A stretch of DNA of 64,000 nt from Octopus sinensis (GCF_006345805.1 NC_043019.1:3100001-3164000), one strand, 5' to 3'; shown: positions 41,301 to 53,289, counted from the first letter of the stretch. Numbers and translations are program-made. Notes: a model not told the origin generated them from the letters alone.

Positions 41301-44300
41301 GTTCGATACGCCGTCGGTGAGCAGAATGGCAATATTGGGAACGGACGGCCTGTCACCATTCTCTGTGTCGTGAACATTACTGTCCGCATGGTGTTAAGCC
41401 CGCCGTAAGTGTTTGTACTGCCGTAAACATATGGAATTTGGAGGACTGCATCGATTACTTCTTGCTTTGTTTGGAAAGCATTCAAATGGAATTGGATTTT
41501 CACGTCTGAACTGTAAAGGACTGCACCGATTCGAACATTGCCATTGTCAATGGAAGCAGCAGACACAAAATCAACAATGAAATTTAGCATTTTCTTGAAG
41601 TTTTCTTCTTGGACACTAGTTGATGAGTCCAAAATGAAGATGATGTCAGATTCTGTAGCACCACAATCACCTGGAGAACATTAGGATAACTTATCACCTA
41701 TCCAGTAATACACGGCCAACACATATATCTACAATACTATTTCAAAACTTTTTCAATGACGCAAAGTTACAATTTTACACTACATGTACTTATGCACAAA
41801 AACAGTTCCGAAAATACAAACATCTGAAAACTCACAAAACAAAACAAGATATTTCATCACAACTACCTCAAAACTGGTTCACAACAGAGTATCAACAATT
41901 GAAGACGAAACATGACAGGAACTACCAGAACAACAACAAACAAATGTTATCACATACACTTTAACCGAAACGATGTCGACACATGCAGCGACAGTGTTGC
42001 ATGGAAAATCGCGTTCCATATTGACAAAAGAAAACAAAAGAACACTCAATTATATACGAAGAAATTGCAGGCATTCAACATCTAACATTCACTGGAACAA
42101 GCATCCGAACATTCGTTTCAAATTTCCATATTAGACAACTTGCGAAAACACTGAACGAGAAATACAAAACTCACATATATAGCAAAGACAAATGTCTAAA
42201 AATCAATACACATATAGACAAAAGCACTGAGTTTCTCTGATAACCAACATAATTCTCATCAATAACAATACCCTATAACATGTAAACGTGTACGCCCACC
42301 AACAACATGAACACATACAAATCTACAACACTCTATTAACAAAGAATATGTTGAGCAGTACGAGAGCCTTACCCTTTGTTGGTAATGTAATGGCAGGTGC
42401 TGGAGTTTTCTCCACAACTGCGAGAAATAAAATTAACATTTACTGTTCCATGTACAAACATCTGTTGTCAAGTCTTCTTTCTACACACACACACAAACAA
42501 TACACTTTACTCCACATTACTATCTTCTCTCAATGAATAGTGAGAATCACTGCTTGTAATAATTCTCTGAATGAAAACATATGGAAAATCTATACAACAA
42601 TTCACACCTACTATCTTTATGTAGAAAGTAAATCCTTACTGGTTGTACATTGGCTATTAAAATCTTTGCTACACATTGATATCAAACGTGATGAGAATAA
42701 GATGGATGTCAGCATATACGTTTACTAAAAGGCAATAAAGGCTTTCTTAATGTCTCACCTCTCTTTGTCGTCATCTCAATTATAGGTGGCTGTCTAGTAG
42801 GTTCTGGTTGCCCTCCTTCCAAGGAAAAATAATCACAAAACTTAGTAATACTCCCATATATATCTATATTGAATGCAAGTGTAATGCTCTCTCACACTCC
42901 AACTATCAAGCACACACCTGTACATGAGTTTATCTATCTGACAATGAATCACTCACCCCACATTTGCACGTAAATAGAAGCATACTTATCTAGACGTAAA
43001 TACACGTAAAAAATGCATTTCAACATATTGGAAAACATATGTATGCACATGCACATGTACATATCTATACAGATATACGCCAATATACTGACAAGATATG
43101 TACACATGTGAGTACATGCATACCAACACTGCAAATTATATATATATCTAGCTAGCCATTCATATATATATGGATGTATGTATCTTTGTATTCATGTATA
43201 AACGTAGAGAAAACATATATATTACACGATAGGTATACAACAAGTTGCCTGTATAGGAAATAATGCATTACGCCACACTTTCTCAGACTACATGCGTTGT
43301 CAGATTGAATTAAGCTTTTCACAAATACATAAACTATGTACGAAATACACATCTCTTGAAAGTAGAGTAGGTTCTTGAAAATAACGCAATACAATATTCA
43401 TTATCTCAAATTATATGAATGAAATGTTAGAGTCTTTTCAAAACTATACAAGGAATATTATATGTTAGATAAGAAGAAATTGGTAAGATTTCAGTCGTTA
43501 AGTTTAATCATTAGAAAAATCATTGTAATTATGTCAAGTGTAGTTAAAATATATTAGGAAGGGCAATATGATTAGATGTAGTAAAAATATGAACTGTATA
43601 TCACATTTGAAAGAAATAAGAATATTGAGGAAGGAGAAGCAAATACCAACAGCATTAGTACATTAACAGCATTATTTTCATAAAGACACAAAGAAATGTT
43701 GTTTATCTAGTAACATATGGGTATATTAGTAAGAGAGATTCGGAAGGAAACTTCCTACTCGATTATCACCATTTATAAAACATGTTATTTACTTATTCAT
43801 AATTACTTCCACTTAACACAGCAATATCAAACATACAATCTCTCTCCATTAAGGGTGTGAGTCGTTGGAAATGAAGATAGACAACAGAAGGCAACGAAAG
43901 GTATGTTGCGTAAAACAATTCACATTACGAGAGATTGTTAGCGTCGTTAGAAACGTCAATGGTAAATACTTGCACAAAACGTTAACTAAAGCTCAGACTT
44001 GAAAGTAACACAGTAGGAGATGGTGTTAAATATATCTTTGTAGAATAGCTGAGATTATATCATTGATTAGTAATGCTTTACAATACAACTTCGTTTTGTA
44101 ATCACATGCTAATTGCTATACCTGGGCAATATTGCTCAAATATTCTTTCTTTCAGATTCGACAGTTCGTTGAAGTCAGTCACAATAAACATGTTTTCGTC
44201 AACAGGTAATGAGGAAATCTGGCTCAATTCTGTAGTGTCACTGAGACCAATACCAATAGCATATATGTGGATGCCATCCTCTCTCACTTTCTTTGCTTCT

Positions 44301-47300
44301 GGAATAGTGTCGTAAGCATTGACGTTCGATACGCCGTCGGTGAGCAGAATGGCAATATTGGGAACGGACGGCCTGTCACCATTCTCTGTCGTGAACATTA
44401 CTGTCCGCATGGTGTTAAGCCCGCCGTAAGTGTTTGTACTGCCGTAACATATGGAATTTGGAGGACTGCATCGATTACTTCTTGCTTTGTTTGGAAAGCA
44501 TTCAAATGGAATTGGATTTTCACGTCTGAACTGTAAAACTGCACCGATTCGAACATTGCCATTGTCAATGGAAGCAGCAGACACAAAATCAACAATGAAA
44601 TTTAGCATTTTCTTGAAGTTTTCTTCTTGGACACTAGTTGATGAGTCCAAAATGAAGATGATGTCAGATTCTGTAGCACCACAATCACCTGGAGAACATT
44701 AGGATAACTTATCACCTATCCAGTAATACACGGCCAACACATATATCTACAATACTATTTCAAAACTTTTTCAATGACGCAAAGTTACAATTTACACTAC
44801 ATGTACTTATGCACAAAAACAGTTCCGAAAATACAAACATCTGAAAACTCACAAAACAAAACAAGATATTTCATCACAACTACCTCAAAACTGGTTCACA
44901 ACAAGTATCAACAATTGAAGACGAAACATGACAGGAACTATCAGAACAACAACAAACAAATGTTATCACATACACTTTAACCGAAACGATGTCGACACAT
45001 GCAGCGACAGTGTTGCATGGAAAATCGCGTTCCATATTGACAAAAGAAAACAAAAGAACACTCAATTATATACAAAGAAATTGCAGGCATTCAACATCTA
45101 ACATTCACTGGAACAAGCATCCGAACATTCGTTTGAAATTTCCATATTAGACAACTTGCGAAAACACTGAACGAGAAATACAAAACTCACATATATAGCA
45201 AAGACAAATGTCTAAAAATCAATACACATATAGACAAAAGCACTGAGTTTCTCTGATAACCAACATAATTCTCGGCAATAACAATAACCTATAACATGTA
45301 AACGTGTACGCCCACCAACAACATGAACACATACAAATCTACAACACTCTATTAACAAAGAATATGTTGAGCAGTACGAGAGCCTTACCCTTTGTTGGTA
45401 ATGTAATGGCAGGTGCCGGAGTTTTCTCCACAACTGCGAGAAACAAAATTAACATTTACTGTTCCATGTACAAACATCTGTTGTCAAGTCTTCTTTCTAC
45501 ACACACACACAAACAATACACTTTACTCCACATTACTATCTTCTCTCAATGAATAGTGAGAATCACTGCTTGTAATAATTCTCTGAATGAAAACATATGG
45601 AAAATCTATACAACAATTCACACCTACTATCTTTATGTAGAAAGTAATCCTTACTGGTGTACATTGGCTATTAAAATCTTTGCTACACATTGATATCAAA
45701 CGTGATGAGAATAAGATGGATGTCAGCATATACGTTTACTAAAAGGCAATAAAGGCTTTCTTAATGTCTCACCTCTCTTTTCGTCATCTCAATTATAGGT
45801 GGCTGTCTAGTAGGTTCTGGTTGCCCTCCTTCCAAGGAAAAATAATCACAAAACTTAGTAATACTCTCCCATATATATCTATATTGAATGCAAGTGTAAT
45901 GCTCTCTCACACTCCAACTATCAAGCACACACCTGTACATGAGTTTATCTATCTGACAATGAATCACTCACCCCACATTTGCACGTAAATAGAAGCATAC
46001 TTATCTAGACGTAAATACACGTAAAAAATGCATTTCAGCATATTGGAAAACATATGTATGCACATGCACATATATCTATACAGATATACGCCACTATACT
46101 GACAAGATATATACACATGTGAGTACATGCATACCTACACTGCAAATTATATATATATCTAGCTAGCTATTCATATATATATATGGATGTATGTATCTTT
46201 GTATTCATGTATAAATGTAGAGAAAACATATATGTTACACGATTGGTATACAACAAGTTGCCTGTATAGGAAATAATGCATTACGCCACACTTTCTCAGA
46301 CTACATGCGTTGTCAGATTGAATTAAGCTTTTCACAAATACATAAACTATGTACGAAATACACATCTCTTGAAAGTAGAGTAGGTTCTTGAAAATAACGC
46401 AATACAATATTCATTATCTCAAATTATATGAATGAAATGTTAGAGTCTTTTCAAAACTATACAAGGAAAATATTATATGTTAAGTAACAAGAAGTGGTAA
46501 GATTTCAGATTCGTTCAGTTTAATCATTAGAAAAATCATTGTAATTATGTCAAGTGTAGTTAAAATATATTAGGAAGGGCAATATGATTTAGATGTAGTA
46601 AAAATATGAACTGTATATCACATTTGAAAGAAATAAGAATATTGAGGAAGGAGAAGCAAATACCACAGCATTAGTACATTAACAGCATTATTTTCATAAA
46701 GACACAAGAAATGTTGTTTATCTAGTAACATATGGGTATATTAGTAAGAGAGATTCGGAAGGAAACTTCCTACTCGATTATCACCATTTATAAAACATGT
46801 TATTTACTTATTCATAATTACTTCCACTTAACACAGCAATATCAACATACAATCTTTCCATTAAGGGTGTGAGTCGTTGGAAATGAAGATAGACAACAGA
46901 AGGCAACAAAAGGTATGTTGCGAAAACAATTCACATTACGAGAGATTGTTAGCGTCGTTAGAAACGTCAATGGTAAATACTTGCACAAAACGTTAACTAA
47001 AGCTCAGACTTGAAAGTAACACAGTAGGAGATGGTGTTAAATATATCTTTGTAGAATAGCTGAGATTATATCATTGATTAGTAATGCTTTACAATACAAC
47101 TTCGTTTTGTAATCACATGCTAATTGCTATACCTGGGCAATATTGCTCAAATATTTTTTCTTTCTTTCAGATTCGACAGTTCGTTGAAGTCAGTCACAAT
47201 AAACATGTTTTCGTCAACAGGTAATGAGGAATCTGGCTCAATTCTGTAGTGTCACTGAGACCAATACCAATAGCATATATGTGGATGCCATCCTCTCTCA

Positions 47301-50268
47301 CTTTCTTTGCTTCTGGAATAGTGTCGTAAGCATTGACGTTCGATACGCCGTCGGTGAGCAGAATGGCAATATTGGGAAGGACGGCCTGTCACCATTCTCT
47401 GTCGTGAACATTACTGTCCGCATGGTGTTAAGCCCGCCGTAAGTGTTTGTACTGCCGTAAACATATGGAATTTGGAGGACTGCATCGATTACTTCTTGCT
47501 TTGTTTGGAAAGCATTCAAATGGAATTGGATTTTCACGTCTGAACTGTAAAGGACTGCACCGATTCGAACATTGCCATTGTCAATGGAAGCAGCAGACAC
47601 AAAATCAACAATGAAATTTAGCATTTTCTTGAAGTTTTCTTCTTGGACACTAGTTGATGAGTCCAAAATGAAGATGATGTCAGATTCTGTAGCACCACAA
47701 TCACCTGGAGAACATTAGGATAACTTATCACCTATCCAGTAATACACGGCCAACACATATATCTACAATACTATTTCAAACTTTTTCAATGACGCAAAGT
47801 TACAATTTTACACTACATGTACTTATGCACAAAAACAGTTCCGAAATACAAACATCTGAAAACTCACAAAAACAAAACAAGATATTTCATCACAACTACC
47901 TCAAAACTGGTTCACAACAGAGTATCAACAATTGAAGACGAAACATGACAGGAACTATCAGAACAACACAAACAAATGTTATCACATACACTTTAACCGA
48001 AACGATGTCGAATCCTGCAGCGACAGTGTTGCATGGAAAATCGCGTTCCATATTGACAAAAGAAAACAAAAGAACACTCAATTATATACGAAGAAATTGC
48101 AGGCATTCAACATCTAACATTCACTGGAACAAGCATCCGAACATTCGTTTCAAATTTCCATATTAGACAACTTGCGAAAACACTGAACGAGAAATACAAA
48201 ACTCACATATATAGCAAAGACAAATGTCTAAAATCAATACACATATAGACAAAAGCACTGAGTTTCTCTGATAACCAACATAATTCTCGGCAATAACAAT
48301 AACCTATAACATGTAAACGTGTACGCCCACCAACAACATGAACACATACAAATCTACAACACTCTATTAACAAAGAATATGTTGAGCAGTACGAGAGCCT
48401 TACCCTTTGTTGGTAATGTAATGGCAGGTGCCGGAGTTTTCTCCACAACTGCGAGAAACAAAATTAACATTTACTGTTCCATGTACGAACATCTGTTGTC
48501 AAGTCTTCTTTCTACACACACACACACACACAAACAATACACTTTACTCCACGTTACTATCTTCTCTCAATGAATAGTGAGAATCACTGCTTGTAATAAT
48601 TCTCTGAATGAAAACATATGGAAAATCTATACAACAATTCACACCTACTATCTTTATGTAGAAAGTAAATCCTTACTGGTTGTACATTGGCTATTAAAAT
48701 CTTTGCTACACATTGATATCAAACGTGATGAGAATAGATGGATGTCAGCATATACGTTTACTAAAAGGCAATAAAGGCTTTCTTAATGTCTCACCTCTCT
48801 TTGTCGTCATCTCAATTATAGGTGGCTGTCTAGTAGGTTCTGGTTGCCCTCCTTCCAAGGAAAAATAATCACAAAACTTAGTAATACTCCCATATATATC
48901 TATATTGAATGCAAGTGTAATGCTCTCTCACACTCCAACTATCAAGCACACACCTGTACATGAGTTTATCTATCTGACAATGAATCACTCACCCCACATT
49001 TGCACGTAAATAGAAGCATACTTATCTAGACGTAAATACACGTAAAAATGCATTTCAGCATATAAAACATATGTATGCACATGCACATGTACATATATCT
49101 ATACAGATATACGCCAATATACTGACAAGATATATACACATGTGAGTAAATGCGTACCTACACTAGAACTTATATATATATCTAGCTAGCCATTCATATA
49201 TATATATATGGATGTATGTATCTTTGTATTCATGTATAAATGTAGAGAAAACATATATCTTACACGATTGGTATACAACAAGTTGCCTGTATAGGAAATA
49301 ATGCATTACGCCAGACTTTCTCAGACTAGATGCGTTGTCAGATTGAATTAAGCTTTTCACAAATACATAAACTATGTACGAAATACACATCTCTTGAAAG
49401 TAGAGTAGGTTCTTGAAAATAACGCAATACAATATTCATTATCTCAAATTATATGAATGAAATGTTAGAGTCTTTTCAAACTATACAAGGAATATTATAT
49501 GTTAGATAAGAAGAAATGTGGTAAGATTTCAGTCGTTAAGTTAAACATTAGAAAAAATCAATTGTAATTATTCAAGTGTAGTGAAAATATATAGAAGGGC
49601 AATTATGATGATTAGATTAGTAAATATGAACTGTATATCACATTTGAAAGAAATAAGAATATTGAGGAAGGAGAAGCAAATACCAACAGCATTAGTACAT
49701 TAACAGCATTATTTTTCATAAAGACACAAAGAAGGTTGTTTATCTAGTAACATATGGGTATATTAGTAAGAGAGATTCGGAAGGAAACTTCCTACTCGAT
49801 TATCACCATTTATAAACATTTATTTACTTATTCATAATTACTTACTTCCACTTACACAGCAATATCAAACATACAATCTCTCCATTAGGGTGGTGAGTCG
49901 TTGGAAATGAAGATAGACAACAGAAGGCAACGAAAGGTATGTTGCGAAAAACAATTCACATTACGAGAGATTGTTAGCGTCGTTAGAAACGTCAATGGTA
50001 ATACTTGCACAAAACGTTAACTGAAGCTCAGACTTGAAAGTAACACAGTAGGATGGTGTTAAATATATCTTTGTAGAATAGCTGAGATTATCATTGATTA
50101 GTAATGCTTTACAATACAACTTCGTTTTGTAATCACATGCTAATTGCTATACCTGGGCAATATTGCTCAAATATTTTTTTCTTTCAGATTCGACAGTTCG
50201 TTGAAGTCAGTCACATAAACATGTTTTCGTCAACAGGTAATGAGGAATATCTGGCTCAATTCTGTAGT
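12083..50268 (-). CDS. Spliced gene (partial; 5' end lost in or beyond the gap) encoding a giant tandem-vWA protein with Pro/Thr linkers and a Pro/Thr-rich C-terminal stalk; collagen VI/matrilin-like vWA domains, no collagen helix seen
   Basis: Exon chain in transcription order: [vWA exon, 45-nt linker exon] repeated, then vWA 25797-26366, 20876-20893, 18798-18857, 12083-12163. All have AG/GT boundaries and phase 1-1. The joined reading is ...[41 protein letters not shown]... and finally ...[56 protein letters not shown]. Confidence 0.85.
13690..14345 (-). mobile_element. Mariner transposase remnant (N-terminal half)
   Basis: Minus-strand [16 protein letters not shown] and [43 protein letters not shown] resemble the mariner HTH and WVP(K/H)LL region; frameshifted. 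Confidence 0.6.
14390..14619 (-). mobile_element. SINE family B
   Basis: Reverse complement of 10487-10673, beginning with catcatcat. Confidence 0.85.
14879..15496 (-). mobile_element. SINE family A carrying an internal insertion that includes a hairpin
   Basis: Tail half at 14879-15120 and head half at 15355-15496, separated by extra sequence inside the TA tract. Confidence 0.8.
15219..15311. repeat. 93-bp near-perfect palindrome
   Basis: 44-bp arms (tatatagagggcattactatacataaatgccacaatctaggact) with 2 mismatches and a 5-nt loop ttaag. Confidence 0.9.
15740..16045 (+). mobile_element. RTE-clade LINE 3' coding fragment
   Basis: [23 protein letters not shown]...[14 protein letters not shown]...EEMTKD resembles the RTE RRLRWxGHV C-terminal region. 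Confidence 0.65.
16330..16560 (+). mobile_element. SINE family B
   Basis: Matches 10440-10673 and ends in gatgatgatg. Confidence 0.85.
17085..17272 (+). mobile_element. SINE family B, diverged
   Basis: tggttggcattagaaaggacattcagctgtagaaac...gcatggaaaatagctattaaatgatgatga. Confidence 0.7.
18798..18857 (-). CDS. 60-nt Pro/Thr exon ([20 protein letters not shown])
   Basis: Acceptor ...ctcatattttcaacag, donor G|gtaagatatt, phase 1-1, open. Confidence 0.8.
19816..20301. mobile_element. Intronic foldback element with ~200-bp inverted arms
   Basis: 19816-20017 versus the reverse complement of 20100-20301 is colinear, roughly 85% identical by eye, with an ~82-bp spacer. Confidence 0.8.
20876..20893 (-). 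CDS. 18-nt microexon (GRPIPT)
   Basis: Long polypyrimidine acceptor ttccttttttttatttttttccatag, exon GACGACCAATACCTACAG, donor gtaagatattc; phase 1-1 and in frame with its neighbours. Confidence 0.7.
21060..21600 (+). mobile_element. RTE-clade reverse transcriptase fragment, degenerate
   Basis: [21 protein letters not shown] (GVHQGSVLSP-like), [16 protein letters not shown] and [12 protein letters not shown]. Confidence 0.6.
21654..21728. repeat. Hairpin made of two inverted SINE-A-like 3' ends
   Basis: 33-bp arms tttcagtcattggactgtggccatgctgggaca; the 3 mismatches are all G-T type; 9-nt loop. Confidence 0.8.
22349..22652. repeat. Pair of ~70-bp diverged direct repeats
   Basis: tattatcgattt...caatctaagtatgtca(c/t)gaggtttccagacat(g/a)agttct at ~22349-22420 and ~22581-22652. 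Confidence 0.6.
22839..23160 (-). mobile_element. SINE family B, diverged, with repeated 5' units
   Basis: catcatcatc...ccatgctggcatgggttgga...gctggatgcccttcctaatgc. Confidence 0.8.
23360..23880. repeat. Complex (TA)/(TACA)/(TACAAA) microsatellite
   Basis: Low-complexity tract that explains the YI/IY ORFs in the track. Confidence 0.95.
25797..26366 (-). CDS. vWA exon, copy 1 (most 3'), intact 570 nt
   Basis: [20 protein letters not shown]...GSTNT...ILLTDG...IYAIGIG...EQYCP, with MIDAS D-x-S-x-S, T and D. Acceptor gtttccag, donor gtatag. Confidence 0.93.
27067..27111 (-). CDS. 45-nt linker exon ([15 protein letters not shown])
   Basis: Acceptor ttatttctcgcag, donor gtaaggc, phase 1-1. Confidence 0.85.
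28821..29390 (-). CDS. vWA exon copy 2, intact 570 nt
   Basis: As copy 1; acceptor gttctccag. Confidence 0.92.
30092..30135 (-). CDS. Linker exon copy, 44 nt (1-bp deletion, probably a consensus error)
   Basis: gtgcggag here versus gtgccggag or gtgctggag in the intact copies. Confidence 0.7.
31837..32406 (-). CDS. vWA exon copy 3, intact 570 nt
   Basis: As copy 1; KEKIF variant. Confidence 0.92.
33109..33153 (-). CDS. Linker exon, 45 nt ([15 protein letters not shown])
   Basis: Same splice sites; intact. Confidence 0.85.
34855..35424 (-). CDS. vWA exon copy 4, intact 570 nt
   Basis: As copy 3 (KEKIF). Confidence 0.92.
36126..36170 (-). CDS. Linker exon, 45 nt
   Basis: Same splice sites; intact. 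Confidence 0.85.
38074..38642 (-). CDS. vWA exon copy 5, 569 nt (1-bp deletion)
   Basis: catttttcgt here versus catgttttcgt at ~38141, shifting the frame near the exon 3' end. Confidence 0.8.
39345..39388 (-). CDS. Linker exon copy, 44 nt (same 1-bp loss as 30092-30135)
   Basis: gtgcggag. Confidence 0.7.
41099..41670 (-). CDS. vWA exon copy 6, 572 nt (2-bp insertion)
   Basis: ctctgtgtcgtg here versus ctctgtcgtg at ~41361. Confidence 0.8.
42373..42417 (-). CDS. Linker exon, 45 nt
   Basis: Intact. Confidence 0.85.
44122..44688 (-). CDS. vWA exon copy 7, 567 nt (2-bp and 1-bp deletions, net in frame)
   Basis: ctgtaaaactgc versus ctgtaaaggactgc, and ccgtaacat versus ccgtaaacat. Confidence 0.8.
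45389..45433 (-). CDS. Linker exon, 45 nt
   Basis: Intact. Confidence 0.85.
47133..47704 (-). CDS. vWA exon copy 8, 572 nt (indels of +4, -1 and -1)
   Basis: Extra tttc, gaggaatct and gggaaggac relative to the other copies. Confidence 0.78.
48404..48448 (-). CDS. Linker exon, 45 nt
   Basis: Intact. Confidence 0.85.
50153..50268 (-). CDS. vWA exon copy 9, 3' part only (cut by the gap)
   Basis: Matches the last ~116 nt of the exon, with several small indels. Confidence 0.75.
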
Positions 50269-50368
50269 NNNNNNNNNNNNNNNNNNNNNNNNNNNNNNNN
50301 NNNNNNNNNNNNNNNNNNNNNNNNNNNNNNNNNNNNNNNNNNNNNNNNNNNNNNNNNNNNNNNNNNNN
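50269..50368. other. Assembly gap (100 N, placeholder length)
   Basis: Run of exactly 100 N; the sequence to the right is unrelated to the array. Confidence 0.99.
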
Positions 50369-51036
50369 AGATTTTCTCAGTTTGGGGTAATAACGGTGGT
50401 TAACTAATAAGAATAACAGAAAATGACAAAGTTGAAAAACCAACGAAATGTATTTGGGGAAAGTCTTATCAAATTTAAAGATTTTGGATGAGAAATTGAA
50501 CCCGAAAAGTTTGCTATAATTCGTGGCGGCCAAAACAGACACACCTCACCTGCTGGACTTGCACATTGAGTGAAATATGTAGGTATCTAGCAGATTAAAA
50601 CAGACGTCCTTAAGAGCCAGTGGCAGATATATCTTAGGAAGGTGATGGTTGACACGAGAATTAATCTTATAATGCTTGAATGAAAATTACACTCACAAAC
50701 TCTATACAGGATTGGTCATTGCCTGAACAAGCTAAGACAACAAGGAATAAAACAAACGGTTGGTACAAAGCAAAATTTCTGGTTTTCCATTGGCAGAAAT
50801 GCAACGAGAACGACTTCAATTGAATCCACTATTGAATTCACTATTTTCACCTCGTTCTGGTCTAACGACCTTCCATGTTTGTTTTCCTTCAGTTTCCTTG
50901 TATGCCTCCACTGTCCTGTTTTTGTTCCCAATTTTGACCCTCCATGAATCCAAAATTTTATTTTGGAAGTTATGGGAACAACTGTCTTCGAAGACTCATA
51001 TTGTCGTTGAACAATCGAAATGAGGAGTAGCTAGAC

Positions 51037-51236
51037 CAGTGCTTTTCAAACTTTTTGCTGGAGCAGAACCTCAAGGAAACATTCCACTGGCTCGAGGAAC
51101 CCCTGAGCAATAATTTAATAGTCTTATGCACACATATCTGCATAGGAGAATTAAAAATTACTGCCGATTTTGCAGTTTTGTAACTTCTTGCGGAACCCCT
51201 GGACTGTACTGGCGGAACCCTGGTTGAAAACCACTG
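51037..51236. mobile_element. 200-bp non-autonomous hAT element (MITE)
   Basis: Termini cagtgcttttcaa and ttgaaaaccactg; perfect 8-bp TSD agctagac at 51029-51036 and 51237-51244. Confidence 0.9.
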
Positions 51237-51379
51237 AGCTAGACAGTCGACAATTGATGAAGGGTCGTTCTTTGCGTTACCTGTCCTGTTTTCCATTTTC
51301 ACTCGTTGTTTGCGTATTTAAATCATTTGTTTTGGTACTTCATGTTGGTTACAGTTGGTGGCGTCCTATACTCATATAT

Positions 51380-52335
51380 GTATATATAGTGAGAGAGGAG
51401 AGAGAGAGAGAGAGAGACATATATATATATATATATATGCATATACTTATGCACACTACGAAATACACACCCACACACAGACACACCGACATTTATATAT
51501 ATATAGATGTATATATATGCACATATATATATATTAGTTAAATTATATATATATATATGTTTGTGTGTGTGTGTGTGTGTATGTATGTATATATCTATAT
51601 ACATGTGTGTGTGTGTGTGTGTGTATGTATATATTATATGTAGTAGAAATATGTTATAAAAAGAAAATGTAAAATATATAATATATATATGTGTATATAT
51701 ATATATATTATTATATATATATATGGGTACACATACACACATACGTATATATATATGTGTGTGTATATACACATAATATATACAAAAATATACATTTACG
51801 TATGTGTGTTTATACCCATCTATGCGTACTTATGGTTTGTAGGTTTTACATCCACTTACCCAAATATATCTTTATTTTCATATATTATACACACACACAT
51901 ACACACATGCACACACAAACATACATACATATATATATATTATTATATATATTTATATATGTATGTACTTACCTATACACATGTATGTATCTGTAAATAT
52001 ATATGACGCCTGAACCATTCTTTTCATATTCTAATGCAGGATTTAAAAGACATTGAATCAACAAAACGTAGAACAAAATCTGAAAGTGTTTCGTTTTGCA
52101 TAAATTTACATATAAAAATCTCAGACATTCTAAAGGAAATGAAAATAGTTATAGAAGTCTGTCACTCTCGCATCCCCTCTTTAACTCCCTATATCTTTTT
52201 TTTTCAGCTCTTTTCTCTTACTCTGCACGTACATACATACATCATATGTATGTATATATATATATTATATATATATATAACATATATATATATATATATA
52301 TACATATATATTTTATATATTATATATAGATATAT

Positions 52336-52373
<38 letters not shown>

Positions 52374-52392
52374 CACATTATATATATACATT

Positions 52393-52436
<44 letters not shown>

Positions 52437-52498
52437 ACATATGCATATATATTTATATGTCTTTCCCTCTCTCTCTCCTCTATATATATCTATATATA

Positions 52499-52534
<36 letters not shown>

Positions 52535-52581
52535 ATGTATGTATGTGTGTGTGTGAGTGTGTGTGTGTGTGTGTATGTATG

Positions 52582-52612
<31 letters not shown>

Positions 52613-53185
52613 TGTGTGTGTGTGGTGTTCTTTCTTTGTTTATCCCTCACCTCTTTCATTCAAACCAACGTCTGTATCTTTGTTTTAAAGAAAGGCACTT
52701 CTTCTGGTTTTGCTTTTTACTGGTTTCCCTTTTGTTTTCTTTCATTCTTTCATTCTTTTTTCTTTTTCTTTCTTTGTTTCTTTTTCCCCAATTTTATTCA
52801 CCTCTGCCCTCACACTTTCCCCGCTCATTCTCATATTTCCGCATTAACGTGCTCTCTTTATGCTTTTGTAACTGTTTTGTTCATTCTGACTCTCTCTATT
52901 GTCCTTTCTCTTGCTTACACACCAACTCACATACAAGCACACACACCCACGCAAACATGCACACATATGATTGTGTATGTGTATGTATGTATGCAAGCAT
53001 GTAAGTATGCGTATATATATATATATATATAATTGAAGGTTTTTATTCTCATGCTAGCCACTTGATAAGATCGATATTTAAATAAAGATCTTATCCTTAA
53101 AATATATAATGATAGATATATATATATATATATATCTATATATATTTCATAAATATATATTTATATGTATAATATTTATATATAT

Positions 53186-53222
<37 letters not shown>

Positions 53223-53289
53223 ATTTACATATATATACATTATTATATATATATATATATATATATACTATATATATATATAGTGAGAA

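Larger units (their letters stand above)
23960..50268 (-). repeat. Intragenic tandem array of a ~3.02-kb exon-intron unit, at least 9 copies
   Basis: vWA exon 3' ends at 25797, 28821, 31837, 34855, 38074, 41099, 44122, 47133 and 50153 give periods of 3024, 3016, 3018, 3219, 3025, 3023, 3011 and 3020. Introns are nearly identical between copies. Confidence 0.97.

Noticed and set aside
25777-47666. Treating each vWA ORF as a separate single-exon gene starting at MDSSTS or MFPGDC
   Set aside because: The TTG/ATG starts fall inside the domain or the splice acceptor, and AG/GT sites with in-frame linker exons show these are internal exons.
24014-49432. Recurrent ORFs MRITACNN..., MYAHQQ..., MYCVIF..., MDAILSH..., MLYNTT...
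   Set aside because: They recur only because the intron or antisense sequence is tandemly duplicated and have no coding signature.
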